Both the position numbers and the translations under genes were made by a program. DNA of 64,000 nt from Calditrichales bacterium (GTDB lineage: Bacteria > Calditrichota > Calditrichia > Calditrichales > J004). Every line of letters begins with the position of its first letter. The stretch's first letter is position 1. The notes beneath the pieces were generated by a model. It did not search any database and was not told where the DNA came from. It saw only the letters and a list, made by a program, of their open reading frames with translations. This document shows, one piece after another, positions 1 to 9,233 of this stretch. The stretch is taken from the NCBI GenBank assembly GCA_965267575.1, contig OZ254086.1:736001-800000 (forward strand), in the 5' to 3' direction.

Positions 1-2
1 GG

Positions 3-851
3 CAGGAGGTGATCGGCATTTTTGACCCCTCTGAATACGCAAGTGAGCGTATTTTCGCCAAAGCCCCAGACGGCACTGAAGTGCCCGTTTCGCTGGTTTA
101 CCGCAAGGGCCTGCAGCGGCGCGGCAAAAATCCCTGCCTGCTTTACGGCTACGGCTCCTACGGCATCAGCATGGACCCGGAGTTCAGTCCGGTACGGCTG
201 AGTCTGCTGGACCGTGGTTTTATCTTTGCCATCGCCCACATCCGCGGCGGACAGGAGCTGGGCCGTCATTGGTACGAAGAGGGCAAACTGCTGCAAAAGA
301 AAAATACCTTTTCCGATTTCATCGCCTGCGCGGAAACGCTCATCGCTAAAAAATATACATCGCCCGATTGCCTTTTTGCCTACGGCGGCAGCGCCGGTGG
401 CATGCTGATGGGCGCCGTCCTAAATATGCGCCCTGATCTGTGGAAAGCGGTGGTGGCGGCCGTGCCTTTTGTTGATGTCGTTACAACCATGCTGGACGAA
501 AGCATCCCGTTGACGACGGGCGAGTATGACGAATGGGGCAATCCCAACACAAAAAAATATTACGACTACATGCTCTCCTATTCACCATACGACAACGTGA
601 CCGATCACGCGTACCCTGCTATCCTCGTAACTACCGGTTTGCACGATTCCCAGGTGCAGTATTGGGAGCCGGCCAAATGGGTTGCGCGGCTGCGCGACTA
701 CAACCAAAGTGACAAACCCGTGCTGCTGCACACCGAAATGGAAGCCGGACACGGAGGCGCTTCCGGGCGTTTTGAGAAATACAAAACCACGGCGCTGCAT
801 TACGCCTTTCTGCTGGCCGCCTTAAGAGACTTCTTTCCGCCGGAAAAATAG
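3..851 (+). CDS. ptrB: Oligopeptidase B / prolyl oligopeptidase family S9A serine peptidase (5'-truncated by window edge)
   Basis: YGYGSYG, RGGQELG, nucleophile [18 protein letters not shown] and GHGG catalytic motifs; the frame is open back to the window start. Confidence 0.92.
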   Translation, partial: QEVIGIFDPSEYASERIFAKAPDGTEVPVSLVYRKGLQRRGKNPCLLYGYGSYGISMDPEFSPVRLSLLDRGFIFAIAHIRGGQELGRHWYEEGKLLQKKNTFSDFIACAETLIAKKYTSPDCLFAYGGSAGGMLMGAVLNMRPDLWKAVVAAVPFVDVVTTMLDESIPLTTGEYDEWGNPNTKKYYDYMLSYSPYDNVTDHAYPAILVTTGLHDSQVQYWEPAKWVARLRDYNQSDKPVLLHTEMEAGHGGASGRFEKYKTTALHYAFLLAALRDFFPPEK

Positions 852-873
852 ACCTGTGGACGCGACAACCTAT

Positions 874-900
874 CGTCATCCTGAATTCATTTCAGGATCT
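874..900. repeat. CGTC-tagged REP-like palindrome
   Basis: CGTC-ATCCTGAA-TTCAT-TTCAGGAT-CT: perfect 8-bp stem preceded by CGTC, just downstream of the ptrB stop; single copy in this window. Confidence 0.5.
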
Positions 901-1039
901 GTTTCCCGCGATGAAAAGGCACCAAAATAAACCAGCCGCGTGTTTCGGGCTGGCCTGGCAGATGCAAAATCCCCTTAAGGAATAATGTCTTGACGGCACC
1001 AGTTTATCCCCGCAAATAACGGGAGACCATCTCACCTTA

Positions 1040-1564
1040 ATGATGGCTTTATTGCTTATGCCGCAAGACAACACAATCATTATAAACTTTGAGAAAAAAC
1101 CTGCCGACGGCTCATGGGAAATCGTCAATGACGGTGTTATGGGCGGTTTGTCGCAAAGCAGCATGCGCTGGTCGGAAGATGGCTATGCCGTTTTTACCGG
1201 GCGTGTTTCGCTGGCCAACAACGGCGGTTTCGCCTCAACGCGCACACGCGGGCTGGATTTGAAGACAAAGGAATATAAAGGATTTAAGATCCGCATAAAG
1301 GGCGATGGCCGGGTTTACAAAATGCGCGCCCGGACGGACAACCAGTACGATGGTGTGACCTACAGCGCCGATTTCCAGACGGAAACCAACGCCTGGCAGG
1401 AAATCGCTATTCCCTTCGAAGATTTTAGGCCAACATTCCGCGGCCGCACATTAAAAGACCAACCGCCCCTTCAGGGTCTGCCCCTTCGCCAACTGGGCTT
1501 TCTTATCTCAGACAAACAGGAAGGTATATTTAAGCTGGAAATTGAGTGGATCGCCGTTTATTGA
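1040..1564 (+). CDS. CIA30 family protein (NDUFAF1-like)
   Basis: W.IVNDGVMGGLS, G.VSLANNGGFAS, GDGR.Y, PTFRGR, ISDKQEG.F.LEI motifs. Confidence 0.9.
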   Translation: MMALLLMPQDNTIIINFEKKPADGSWEIVNDGVMGGLSQSSMRWSEDGYAVFTGRVSLANNGGFASTRTRGLDLKTKEYKGFKIRIKGDGRVYKMRARTDNQYDGVTYSADFQTETNAWQEIAIPFEDFRPTFRGRTLKDQPPLQGLPLRQLGFLISDKQEGIFKLEIEWIAVY

Positions 1565-1579
1565 ATCTGTTCAAGGCAT

Positions 1580-1616
1580 AAAAAAGCCCGGCGGCATTTG
1601 GCTGTCGGGCTTTTTT
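1580..1616. terminator. Bidirectional intrinsic terminator
   Basis: AAAAAAGCCCGGC...GTCGGGCTTTTTT between convergent CIA30 and folE2 genes. Confidence 0.85.
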
Positions 1617-1632
1617 ATTATCTGTATTTTCA

Positions 1633-2649
1633 TCAACTGAACGGGTCAAAGCAGGGCTGGAAACCACCGGGGACGCCCTTCACCAGAACGCTGATGGCGT
1701 CATGTGAATGAAGCGATTCCAGGTGCGCGGCATGAACGCGGAAATCAACGATCTGCGGATCACTGTTGAGGCCATTGTAAAGCAGACGCACGGCATCTTC
1801 AACAAACTTGAGGTAGGCGGCATTCAGTTCGGCAAAAGCCTGCTCATCTTCTCTTTTTACCATCACCTGTGTTTCCGTTTTCAGGCTGTCCCGGCAAATA
1901 TCGATTACATCTTCAATCCAAAGATGCCCTACATATTCCAGCGAAATGCGCGCGACCGAACGCTGGCTGTGAGGAACTGCCGCGACACTGCGCTGGAGGT
2001 TGGCGTGCACGCTCAGCTCATAGCTGCAGGGACAGGCCGAGGAGTATTCAAATTTAAGATGCATGAACTGTCGCACTTTGTGGTCTGGCGTGATCACCGT
2101 TTCCAGAACAAGCGGGTAATACTGGTAGCCGCTTAAACCGCTGCGCAGGCTTTGCTGGCGCACAGGGTAATCAAACTTAATGGCAATGCGCGCCGACGAC
2201 GTTTCCAGCTTTTCCAGGTAGGCCCGCACCACGCGTTGCAGGTTCTCGGGATGCAGCTCATCCTCGCCATACTCGTAAAAGGTGCGGATAATGCGGCTCA
2301 TGTTGATGCCCTTTTTATGCGATTCCAGCGAAACCGTGCCCGTGACGCTGGCATGAACCTGCAATGAATCGCCACGCCGCGTTTTGATCATCAGCGGAAT
2401 CTTGAAATTGCCGATCCCCACGTGCTGGATTTCAACGGCCGGGCTGTTGTTGCGCCCGTTCTGCAGGTCGGGCAGTGTCTGCCTGTAGCGCGCGTCCACG
2501 CGAAAATCGGGGTCATAATATTTTATCAGTTCATTAACCCGCGGTACTTCCCACTGCTCTGCCGAATTTTCGGGGCCGTTTTCAGCTACAACGTCAAAGT
2601 CGCTCATATCCATGTGTGCCATAAATTTCTCCGGATTTTTGATTATCAA
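1633..2649 (-). CDS. folE2: GTP cyclohydrolase FolE2 (type IB)
   Basis: LPDLQ, KGINMSR, YSSACPCS, PHSQRS, VKREDEQAFAE, FVEDAVR, ESLHSHDA motifs; TTG start uncertain (alternative ATG at 2622). Confidence 0.92.
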   Translation of the reverse strand: MIIKNPEKFMAHMDMSDFDVVAENGPENSAEQWEVPRVNELIKYYDPDFRVDARYRQTLPDLQNGRNNSPAVEIQHVGIGNFKIPLMIKTRRGDSLQVHASVTGTVSLESHKKGINMSRIIRTFYEYGEDELHPENLQRVVRAYLEKLETSSARIAIKFDYPVRQQSLRSGLSGYQYYPLVLETVITPDHKVRQFMHLKFEYSSACPCSYELSVHANLQRSVAAVPHSQRSVARISLEYVGHLWIEDVIDICRDSLKTETQVMVKREDEQAFAELNAAYLKFVEDAVRLLYNGLNSDPQIVDFRVHAAHLESLHSHDAISVLVKGVPGGFQPCFDPFS

Positions 2650-2740
2650 AATAAAGCGTGTTACAACACGGGCTTGACCTGTTTCATTTCAATTTTTTCA
2701 TTATTATTAAAAAGATTGTAATAATGGTTGGATTGTCTTC

Positions 2741-3448
2741 ATGGCTGAACCACGCATCGTACTTGTCACCGGCGCTAATCGCGGAATTGGTTTTGAGATC
2801 TGCCGCCAGTTTGCCCGGCTGGAAAATTACCGCGTTGTGCTAAGCGCGCGCGAAGAGCAAAAAGGCAGGCAGGCGATTGCCGCACTGGCCGATGAAGGGC
2901 TTAAGGCACAATTCCTGCAGCTGGATGTGGCCAGTCCCGCTGCCATTAATCACGCCTCCGTCTGGTTGCAGCAGCACTACAGCCGCCTGGATGTGCTGAT
3001 CAACAACGCCGGTGTTTACCCGGATGAAGGCGCCCGGCTGCGCGATGTAGACGAACAGGCTATCCGCAATACCTTTAACATCAACATCTGGGGGCCGCTG
3101 CGTCTTTGCCGCATGGCCATCCCGCTGATGGAGAAAAACGGCTACGGGCGGATTGTAAATGTCTCCTCCGGCATGGGCGCCATGAGCCAAATGCGCTCGC
3201 GAACAGGTTCTTACAAAATCTCCAAGCTTGCTCTCAATGGCATCACGCAAATCCTTGCCGATGAAGTCGACCGGCGTCGCATCAAGATCAATGCCGTTTG
3301 CCCGGGCTGGGTACGCACGGATATGGGGGGCTGGGCCGCACCCACTTCGGTGGAAAAGGCGGCCAGGGGGATCGTTTGGGCGGCAACGCTGGATGAGAAC
3401 GGCCCAAGCGGTGGCTTTTTCCGCCACGGCAAACCTATCGAATGGTAA
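2741..3448 (+). CDS. Short-chain dehydrogenase/reductase (carbonyl reductase-like)
   Basis: VTGANRGIG, LINNAG, VSSGMG, YKISK (YxxxK), CPGWVRTDMGG. Confidence 0.92.
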   Translation: MAEPRIVLVTGANRGIGFEICRQFARLENYRVVLSAREEQKGRQAIAALADEGLKAQFLQLDVASPAAINHASVWLQQHYSRLDVLINNAGVYPDEGARLRDVDEQAIRNTFNINIWGPLRLCRMAIPLMEKNGYGRIVNVSSGMGAMSQMRSRTGSYKISKLALNGITQILADEVDRRRIKINAVCPGWVRTDMGGWAAPTSVEKAARGIVWAATLDENGPSGGFFRHGKPIEW

Positions 3449-3497
3449 TCCAAGCTAAAAAATCTACGTCTCCAAAACCCTACAGAAAGGACAACGC

Positions 3498-4574
3498 ATG
3501 CGTAATTTGCCTACTGTATTCATCGTGCTGTTTTTATCCGCCATATTCTGCCTGGCGCAAACCGAAACGCTGACCATCGCCTATTCGGAATCGCCGCCGT
3601 TTATTATGGAAAACCCAGACGGCGAATTGGAAGGGATCAGCGTCTGGGCCTGGGAAAAAATAGCCAAAGACCTTAACATAAAATTCCGCTACGAAAAACG
3701 GGACCTGGAAGAGATCATCACGGGCCTCAAAAACGGAAGCATCGATATGAGCATGAACCCGCTCACCGTAACTGCCCAACGCAGCCAGTCGATTGACTTT
3801 TCACATCCCTTTTTTGTTTCCAATTCCACGGTTGCCATTCCGGAAACATCAACCCTGCAAAAAGGTCTTCAGTTTGTTACATCCTTTTTCTCACTCAATT
3901 TTTTCCGTTCTATTCTGGCCCTGTTTGTGGTTATTCTCATTTTTGGATTGCTGGCCTGGTTTTTCGAGAGAAAAGCAAATCCCGAGGAGTTTCAAACCGG
4001 CGTGAAAGGAATCTGGAGCGGCATCTGGTGGTCCGCCGTTACCATGACCACCGTGGGTTACGGCGACAAATCACCCAAATCGCTGGGCGGGCGCATTGTG
4101 GCGCTGGTCTGGATGTTCACCGCCATCATCATCATTTCCGGTTTCACTGCGGGGATTGCTTCTTCGCTGACGGTGAACCAACTGGGCTGGAGCAAGAACA
4201 GTATCTCCGATTTTAAGAAAGAGCAGATCGCGACCGTGGCCAATTCGGCTACCGCGCACTGGCTGGAGCGCCATTTTTTCCGTAAACATGAAGTGTTTCC
4301 AACGCTGCCCGAGGCCTTGCAGGCGCTTAACGAAAACCGGGCCAGCGGCGTAACCTACGATGAGCCTATTCTGAAATACCTGGTCAACAACGACGAGCGC
4401 TTCAACAGCCTGGAAATGCTGCCGATCAAATTCAACCCGCAGTTTTATTCCTTTGGCTTCAGCATGATGCTGGACGAACAGCTGAAATACAACATATCCA
4501 AAAAGATCATCAAATTGACCGAAGGCAGCGACTGGAAGAACCTGCTGGCAGAGTACGATCTTCAGGATATGTAA
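3498..4574 (+). CDS. GluR0-like ligand-gated potassium channel (split substrate-binding domain around a K+ pore)
   Basis: Signal peptide, SBP family 3 half (SPPF..., T.QRSQSIDFSHPF), TM1, WWSAVTMTTVGYGD selectivity filter, TM2, second SBP half (YDEPIL). Confidence 0.88.
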   Translation: MRNLPTVFIVLFLSAIFCLAQTETLTIAYSESPPFIMENPDGELEGISVWAWEKIAKDLNIKFRYEKRDLEEIITGLKNGSIDMSMNPLTVTAQRSQSIDFSHPFFVSNSTVAIPETSTLQKGLQFVTSFFSLNFFRSILALFVVILIFGLLAWFFERKANPEEFQTGVKGIWSGIWWSAVTMTTVGYGDKSPKSLGGRIVALVWMFTAIIIISGFTAGIASSLTVNQLGWSKNSISDFKKEQIATVANSATAHWLERHFFRKHEVFPTLPEALQALNENRASGVTYDEPILKYLVNNDERFNSLEMLPIKFNPQFYSFGFSMMLDEQLKYNISKKIIKLTEGSDWKNLLAEYDLQDM

Positions 4575-4718
4575 AGGTGGATGCCGAGCTGTCCGGAAAA
4601 ATTTCATAACTACATGATAAAGAAAATCGATATCATGAATTGTTTGTGAACTCTTTGTTAAAATCAAAAGCTATTCTTCTTCAGAGGCAAAAAGAAAATA
4701 CCAAAGAAGGAGGATTTC

Positions 4719-5639
4719 ATGTATCGATTCATTTTAACGGCGCTGCTTGGCACCGCGCTTTTTCTCACCGCCTGCAGCCCGGATGACGACAACGGCACGG
4801 GGCCGGACCAGCTCACTGAGGTAAACCTCAGCTTTTCCGGATTGGAACCGCTGCAAAACGGTTACCATTATGAAGGCTGGGTTATTTTGGATGGTCAGCC
4901 GTTTTCCACGGGTAAATTTAATGTGGATGCCGGCGGCAATTTTACGGACCTGAATGGTAACAGCATCAACGGCACATTTTCTACCGCGCAGAATGATCCG
5001 CTGAGTGGCGCAACGGCTGTCGTAATTACGATAGAGCCTGCCGGTGACACAGATGCCATTCCGGCAGCCACCAAAATTCTCGGCGGCGATCTGTCCAATG
5101 AGAGCGCTTCGCTGACAACGGCGCATGGTGCTACCCTGGGCAGCGATTTCAGCTCAGCTGCCGGTAATTTTATCCTGGCCACACCAACAACATCAGCCAC
5201 GGATGACGAAAACAGCGGCATCTGGTTTCTGGATCTTAGCAGCGGTTCTCCAGCCGTGGGACTTACCCTGCCAACACTTCCCGCGGGCTGGGCCTATGAA
5301 GGCTGGGCGGTTGTAAACGGTACGCCGGTAACGACAGGTCGTTTTACCGACGTGGCTGCAGCCGATCAATCAGCTCCCTATAGCGGACAGGATGCTTCAG
5401 GGCCGCCCTTTCCCGGTGAAGACCTGATAAATAGCGCGCCTTCCGGTCTGACTTTCCCTACAGACCTGGCCGGCGGTACGGCTGTAATATCCATCGAGCC
5501 GGAACCGGATGACAGTACGGCTCCTTTTACGCTTAAGCCGCTGGTACAAATGATCAGCGCTTCAGCCACGGATCATACTACTTACTCTATGGGCAATAAC
5601 GCCGCCGCCTTCCCGACAGGCACGGCAACACTGCAATAA
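4719..5639 (+). CDS. Lipoprotein with two RskA-C-like (anti-sigma-K-like) domains
   Basis: Lipobox LTAC; duplicated YEGW...TG(K/R)F...I(T/S)IEP motifs; AGGAGG RBS. Confidence 0.65.
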   Translation: MYRFILTALLGTALFLTACSPDDDNGTGPDQLTEVNLSFSGLEPLQNGYHYEGWVILDGQPFSTGKFNVDAGGNFTDLNGNSINGTFSTAQNDPLSGATAVVITIEPAGDTDAIPAATKILGGDLSNESASLTTAHGATLGSDFSSAAGNFILATPTTSATDDENSGIWFLDLSSGSPAVGLTLPTLPAGWAYEGWAVVNGTPVTTGRFTDVAAADQSAPYSGQDASGPPFPGEDLINSAPSGLTFPTDLAGGTAVISIEPEPDDSTAPFTLKPLVQMISASATDHTTYSMGNNAAAFPTGTATLQ

Positions 5640-5682
5640 GTCCCTGCCCTGATCTCCCAAGTTAAAAGGGATTCTAAAAAAC

Positions 5683-5712
5683 AAAGCCCCGGCCAAACTC
5701 GGGGCTTTTTTT
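5683..5712 (+). terminator. Intrinsic terminator
   Basis: AAAGCCCCG-GCCAAACT-CGGGGCTTTTTTT. Confidence 0.85.
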
Positions 5713-5859
5713 GTCTAATAGTCAGCAAAAGTAAAAATTATTTCTTTCTCACTCTCATAATCATTATCATTTTCTCGTCTTCAGTCCATTGAAAACTTCC
5801 GGACCTCAAGACGTCGCGACTTCATGACTACTTTTGATAACGGGAAAGAGTATAACAAT

Positions 5860-6390
5860 ATGCTTAAACGCTGGAAAAAGCTTAGTTCAAAAATCGCTTT
5901 TCAAAATCCCTGGTGGAGCTACCGCATTGACCAATTTGAAATTCCGGACGGCCACAAGGGAGAATATCACTACACGCACACCAACGGCTCCAGCATGGTG
6001 ATTCCCGTGATGGATGACGGGCGCATTATCCTGGTAAAGCAGTATCGCTATTTATGTGACAGGGAAAGTATAGAGTTTGCTGCGGGCAGCGCTAAGGACG
6101 GCCACAGTTATGAGGAAACCGCCGCACTCGAGCTGGCGGAGGAAACCGGCTACGGCGCCGATACATTTGAATTATGCGGCGAGTTCAATCCCTACAACGG
6201 TGTTACCGATGAGATATGCAAAGTTTTTATTGCCCGCCACCTGCACCCCGCCCCGCGCCAGCATGATGCCACGGAAGAGTTTGAGCTGCTCCGCCACACC
6301 CCTGAAGAGATTGATGATTTAATTTCCGGGAATATCATCTGGGACGGTATGACGATGGCGAGCTGGGTTTTGGCTAAGAAGTTACTGTAA
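5860..6390 (+). CDS. NUDIX hydrolase (ADP-ribose pyrophosphatase-like)
   Basis: LVKQYRY, degenerate Nudix box GSAKDGHSYEETAALELAEETGY, DATEEFE; start at 5860 preferred over 5824. Confidence 0.85.
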   Translation: MLKRWKKLSSKIAFQNPWWSYRIDQFEIPDGHKGEYHYTHTNGSSMVIPVMDDGRIILVKQYRYLCDRESIEFAAGSAKDGHSYEETAALELAEETGYGADTFELCGEFNPYNGVTDEICKVFIARHLHPAPRQHDATEEFELLRHTPEEIDDLISGNIIWDGMTMASWVLAKKLL

Positions 6391-6463
6391 CAGCAAGCCC
6401 CTTGAATGATAACGGAGACGGCTTTCACCGAACTCCGCTACCTGTTCAGGGCTAAGCGACAGC

Positions 6464-7303
6464 TTATTTTATCAACAGCATTTTACGGCTTTGGCTTAAA
6501 CCTTCAACACTTGTTAATCTATAAAAATAGACACCGCTCGGAAGATCAGCGGCATCAAATTTGGCTTCATATTCACCCGCGGGCAGGATGCCGTCAACCA
6601 AAGCCCGCACTTCTCTTCCGGCCATGTCATACACGTTCAACTTTACGTCAGAAGCTTTAGCCAATACAAATCGAATGGTGGTTTGCGGATTAAACGGATT
6701 GGGATAGTTTGCAAAAAGGTGCATGGATGTCGCCGCAACTGGGTACTGCTTTTCAACAGAAACAGGCACGCTATTGGTGAGAATATTATCAATCACATAA
6801 GCCGTATTGGATGAATCATCAAAAACGATATAGGCCACTGGTTCGGGAAATGCGATCGCAACGTGTTCAGGACTTGTACTGGTATACTGATATACCAAAA
6901 CGCTATCACTGTTGTAGGCTTTAACATCAATGTAGTCAATTTCTGAATCAACAGGATTATCAAAAGACAATGATGTAACCGGCTGCGGCGTCAGAGAGGA
7001 ATCACCCGGAACAATAAAAGTAATCTTAAGAGGACCAAACCAATCATAGCTATGAAGAACACGAGTATACACCGCCGGACCATAATCATGGATCACCGGA
7101 TTTTGTCCTGATTCCACGCCACTGAAAAACATACCATGACTTATATACTGATCGGTAATAACCGTGCCCGTACCGTACTCTTCAAATGTGACCGTATCAC
7201 CGGATGAAGAAAAAGCCGATTCAAGTGAAGTCACCGTTTTATCGGGACTCTTACCGGCAAAAACAAGGGCGACCAAAAGAACTATGAATTTAGCAGGCTT
7301 CAT
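6464..7303 (-). CDS. Secreted protein with FlgD-Ig/T9SS-like C-terminal sorting domain
   Basis: N-terminal signal peptide; NYPNPFNPQTTIRF...VYDMAGREV...LPSGVYFYRL...RKMLLIK C-terminus. Confidence 0.8.
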   Translation of the reverse strand: MKPAKFIVLLVALVFAGKSPDKTVTSLESAFSSSGDTVTFEEYGTGTVITDQYISHGMFFSGVESGQNPVIHDYGPAVYTRVLHSYDWFGPLKITFIVPGDSSLTPQPVTSLSFDNPVDSEIDYIDVKAYNSDSVLVYQYTSTSPEHVAIAFPEPVAYIVFDDSSNTAYVIDNILTNSVPVSVEKQYPVAATSMHLFANYPNPFNPQTTIRFVLAKASDVKLNVYDMAGREVRALVDGILPAGEYEAKFDAADLPSGVYFYRLTSVEGLSQSRKMLLIK

Positions 7304-7440
7304 AATCCCTCCTTAGAGGTTGATGTTTGGTGAGATTTTGAGGTATAGAGAAAGACAGATTTGGGAAAATCTCAAAAATGATTTTCAAAAATATTCAGTG
7401 GCAAGAAAAAGGCAGTGATTATTCCCACTTAGGTTGGTTA

Positions 7441-7468
7441 AAAAAAAGCCCCGGCAAAACCGGGGCTT
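7441..7468 (-). terminator. Intrinsic terminator of the rnf/PFOR/FNR operon
   Basis: AAGCCCCGG-CAAAA-CCGGGGCTT with an A-run on + (U-tract on -), just past the FNR stop. Confidence 0.85.
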
Positions 7469-7478
7469 GTTGAGAAAA

Positions 7479-8339
7479 TTAGTAAATCAGCTCCATCCAG
7501 CGTTTGCCGGCCTTGAGTTCGGCTTTACGCCGTTCCCATTTTTCCTGGCCGCCGGCCATTTCGCTGAAAGCGCTGTCTAACATATCGCGCATGGGCTCCA
7601 GTCCGGCAACAAAAACATGTGTATGGGGATCTTCCATCAGGCGCCAGACTTCTTCCTCGCGCTCCCGCAAAGCGTAATCCAACGCGATCGGGTCGGCCCA
7701 GTGCGGGCGCGGACTTAAAGCTTTGAAAGCTTCAAAGGTCTCTTCATCGTAATAATTAGTGAAGTCGTCTTTCTTGTCATTCATGTACAGCAATTCCAGG
7801 CCGGATTTGGCGCCATAAAAAAGGCGTACCTTACCCTTAAAACCGTTCTTCTGGTTGTATATCTTTTTAACCAGCGCACGGAAGGGTGCAATGCCCGTTC
7901 CCATGCCGATGAGCAGCAGGTTCGCCTTGTCATCATCCGGTATTTCAAAGGGCAGCCCAAACGGTCCGGTTATCATGATCTTGTCCCCGGCGGCGCGATT
8001 GCACAGGTAATGGCTGGCCACGCCGTCATAACGTTCGCCACTGTAATCGTCTATGTATGTGCAACGCTTAACAACGATCGTAACCAGCGGGTTTTTGCCG
8101 CTCTTTTTAGGCAGATCGGCTACGCTGTATAAACGGTGGTGGTATTCATTCCCGAATTCATGCGGCCCGGGCACAAGCACCCCAATGCTCTGACCCAGTT
8201 CGTAATCAAAGTCCGGGCGTTGTACTTCCAGCACGATCTCGCGGACCTCTTCATCGCTTGTTTCCGGTGTAATCCGCGTGCTTTTCTTTACAACAGCGCC
8301 AAACCTCTTTTCAACATCATAATCATCTAAACGCGCCAT
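7479..8339 (-). CDS. Ferredoxin-NADP+ reductase (plant-type FNR-like)
   Basis: GQSIGV, RLYSVA (FAD), GVASHYL, GPFG, GTGIAPFR, LFYGA, C-terminal Tyr (RWMELIY). Confidence 0.85.
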   Translation of the reverse strand: MARLDDYDVEKRFGAVVKKSTRITPETSDEEVREIVLEVQRPDFDYELGQSIGVLVPGPHEFGNEYHHRLYSVADLPKKSGKNPLVTIVVKRCTYIDDYSGERYDGVASHYLCNRAAGDKIMITGPFGLPFEIPDDDKANLLLIGMGTGIAPFRALVKKIYNQKNGFKGKVRLFYGAKSGLELLYMNDKKDDFTNYYDEETFEAFKALSPRPHWADPIALDYALREREEEVWRLMEDPHTHVFVAGLEPMRDMLDSAFSEMAGGQEKWERRKAELKAGKRWMELIY

Positions 8340-8460
8340 GGTATTCCTCCAACGTAAGTTTTAAAAATTGTATCTTCCAAAAATCTTTTTCTTTCTCATT
8401 ATCTTAATCTATCACCCGGCATCCGCCCCTCGTGAATTCCCGATCGGGTCGGCAATAACA

Positions 8461-8649
8461 TCAGGGCTCTTCCCGCAGGCAGCTTCCGCCGCTGCAGATA
8501 CAGTTGCCACAGCGTGCCTTGCCGGCCAGCACATCGCCTTCGGGGTTGGCATCTTCCGGGAAATGGCGCCGAACCAAAGCCTGAACGCCAAACCACAGGG
8601 CCATTAGACCGACCAGCGCGGCAATCGTTAAAACATATTTTATTATCAT
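8461..8649 (-). CDS. Small single-TM protein with C-terminal Cys cluster (CGNCICSGGSC)
   Basis: ATGA start/stop overlap with rnfA; hydrophobic N-terminal helix; four Cys in 11 residues. Confidence 0.7.
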   Translation of the reverse strand: MIIKYVLTIAALVGLMALWFGVQALVRRHFPEDANPEGDVLAGKARCGNCICSGGSCLREEP

Positions 8650-9233
8650 TGCTGACCTCCCAAACCGGCAAAGCCCATAAATGTAAGTGAAAGCACACCC
8701 GCCAGTATCAGCGTAAGGGCCGTGCCTTTAACTACGCTGGGGATATCGGCCAGGTCCAGATTTTCGCGGATGCCTGCCATCAGAATGAGGGCCAGCGTAA
8801 ATCCGGCACCGGCGCCCAGCGCGTAAAAAATGCTCTGTGTAAAATCATATCCTTTGTTTGTCTGGAACAGGGCCAAACCCAGGATCGCACAGTTGGTGGT
8901 AATAAGCGGCAGAAAAATACCGAGCTGGCGGAACAGCGTCGGGCTCATCTTCTTGATAAACATTTCCACAAGCTGCACCGTTGACGCGATTACAACGATA
9001 TAAGAGATCAACTGCAGATAAGGCGCGTCTACCCAGACCAGCAGCGAGTGAATGCCAAAGGCGCTCATCGAAGCGATCAGCATTACGAAGGTGACGGCGC
9101 CGCCCATGCGCGTGGCCGTGGCCAGTTTTCCGGAAACACCGAGAAAAGGACAGATGCCCAGGAAGTAAGCCAGCACAAAATTGTTGATCAGGCTGGCGTT
9201 TATAAAAATGAACCATAAAGAATCGGAATTCAT
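8646..9233 (-). CDS. rnfA: Rnf electron transport complex subunit A
   Basis: NNFVL..FLGICPFLGVS, LPLITTNCAILG, AGIRE motifs. Confidence 0.95.
   Translation of the reverse strand: MNSDSLWFIFINASLINNFVLAYFLGICPFLGVSGKLATATRMGGAVTFVMLIASMSAFGIHSLLVWVDAPYLQLISYIVVIASTVQLVEMFIKKMSPTLFRQLGIFLPLITTNCAILGLALFQTNKGYDFTQSIFYALGAGAGFTLALILMAGIRENLDLADIPSVVKGTALTLILAGVLSLTFMGFAGLGGQQ

Noticed and set aside
4644-4661. Second Rex-like site TTGTGAA-CTCT-TTGTTAA
   Set aside because: Only one good half-site in an AT-rich spacer
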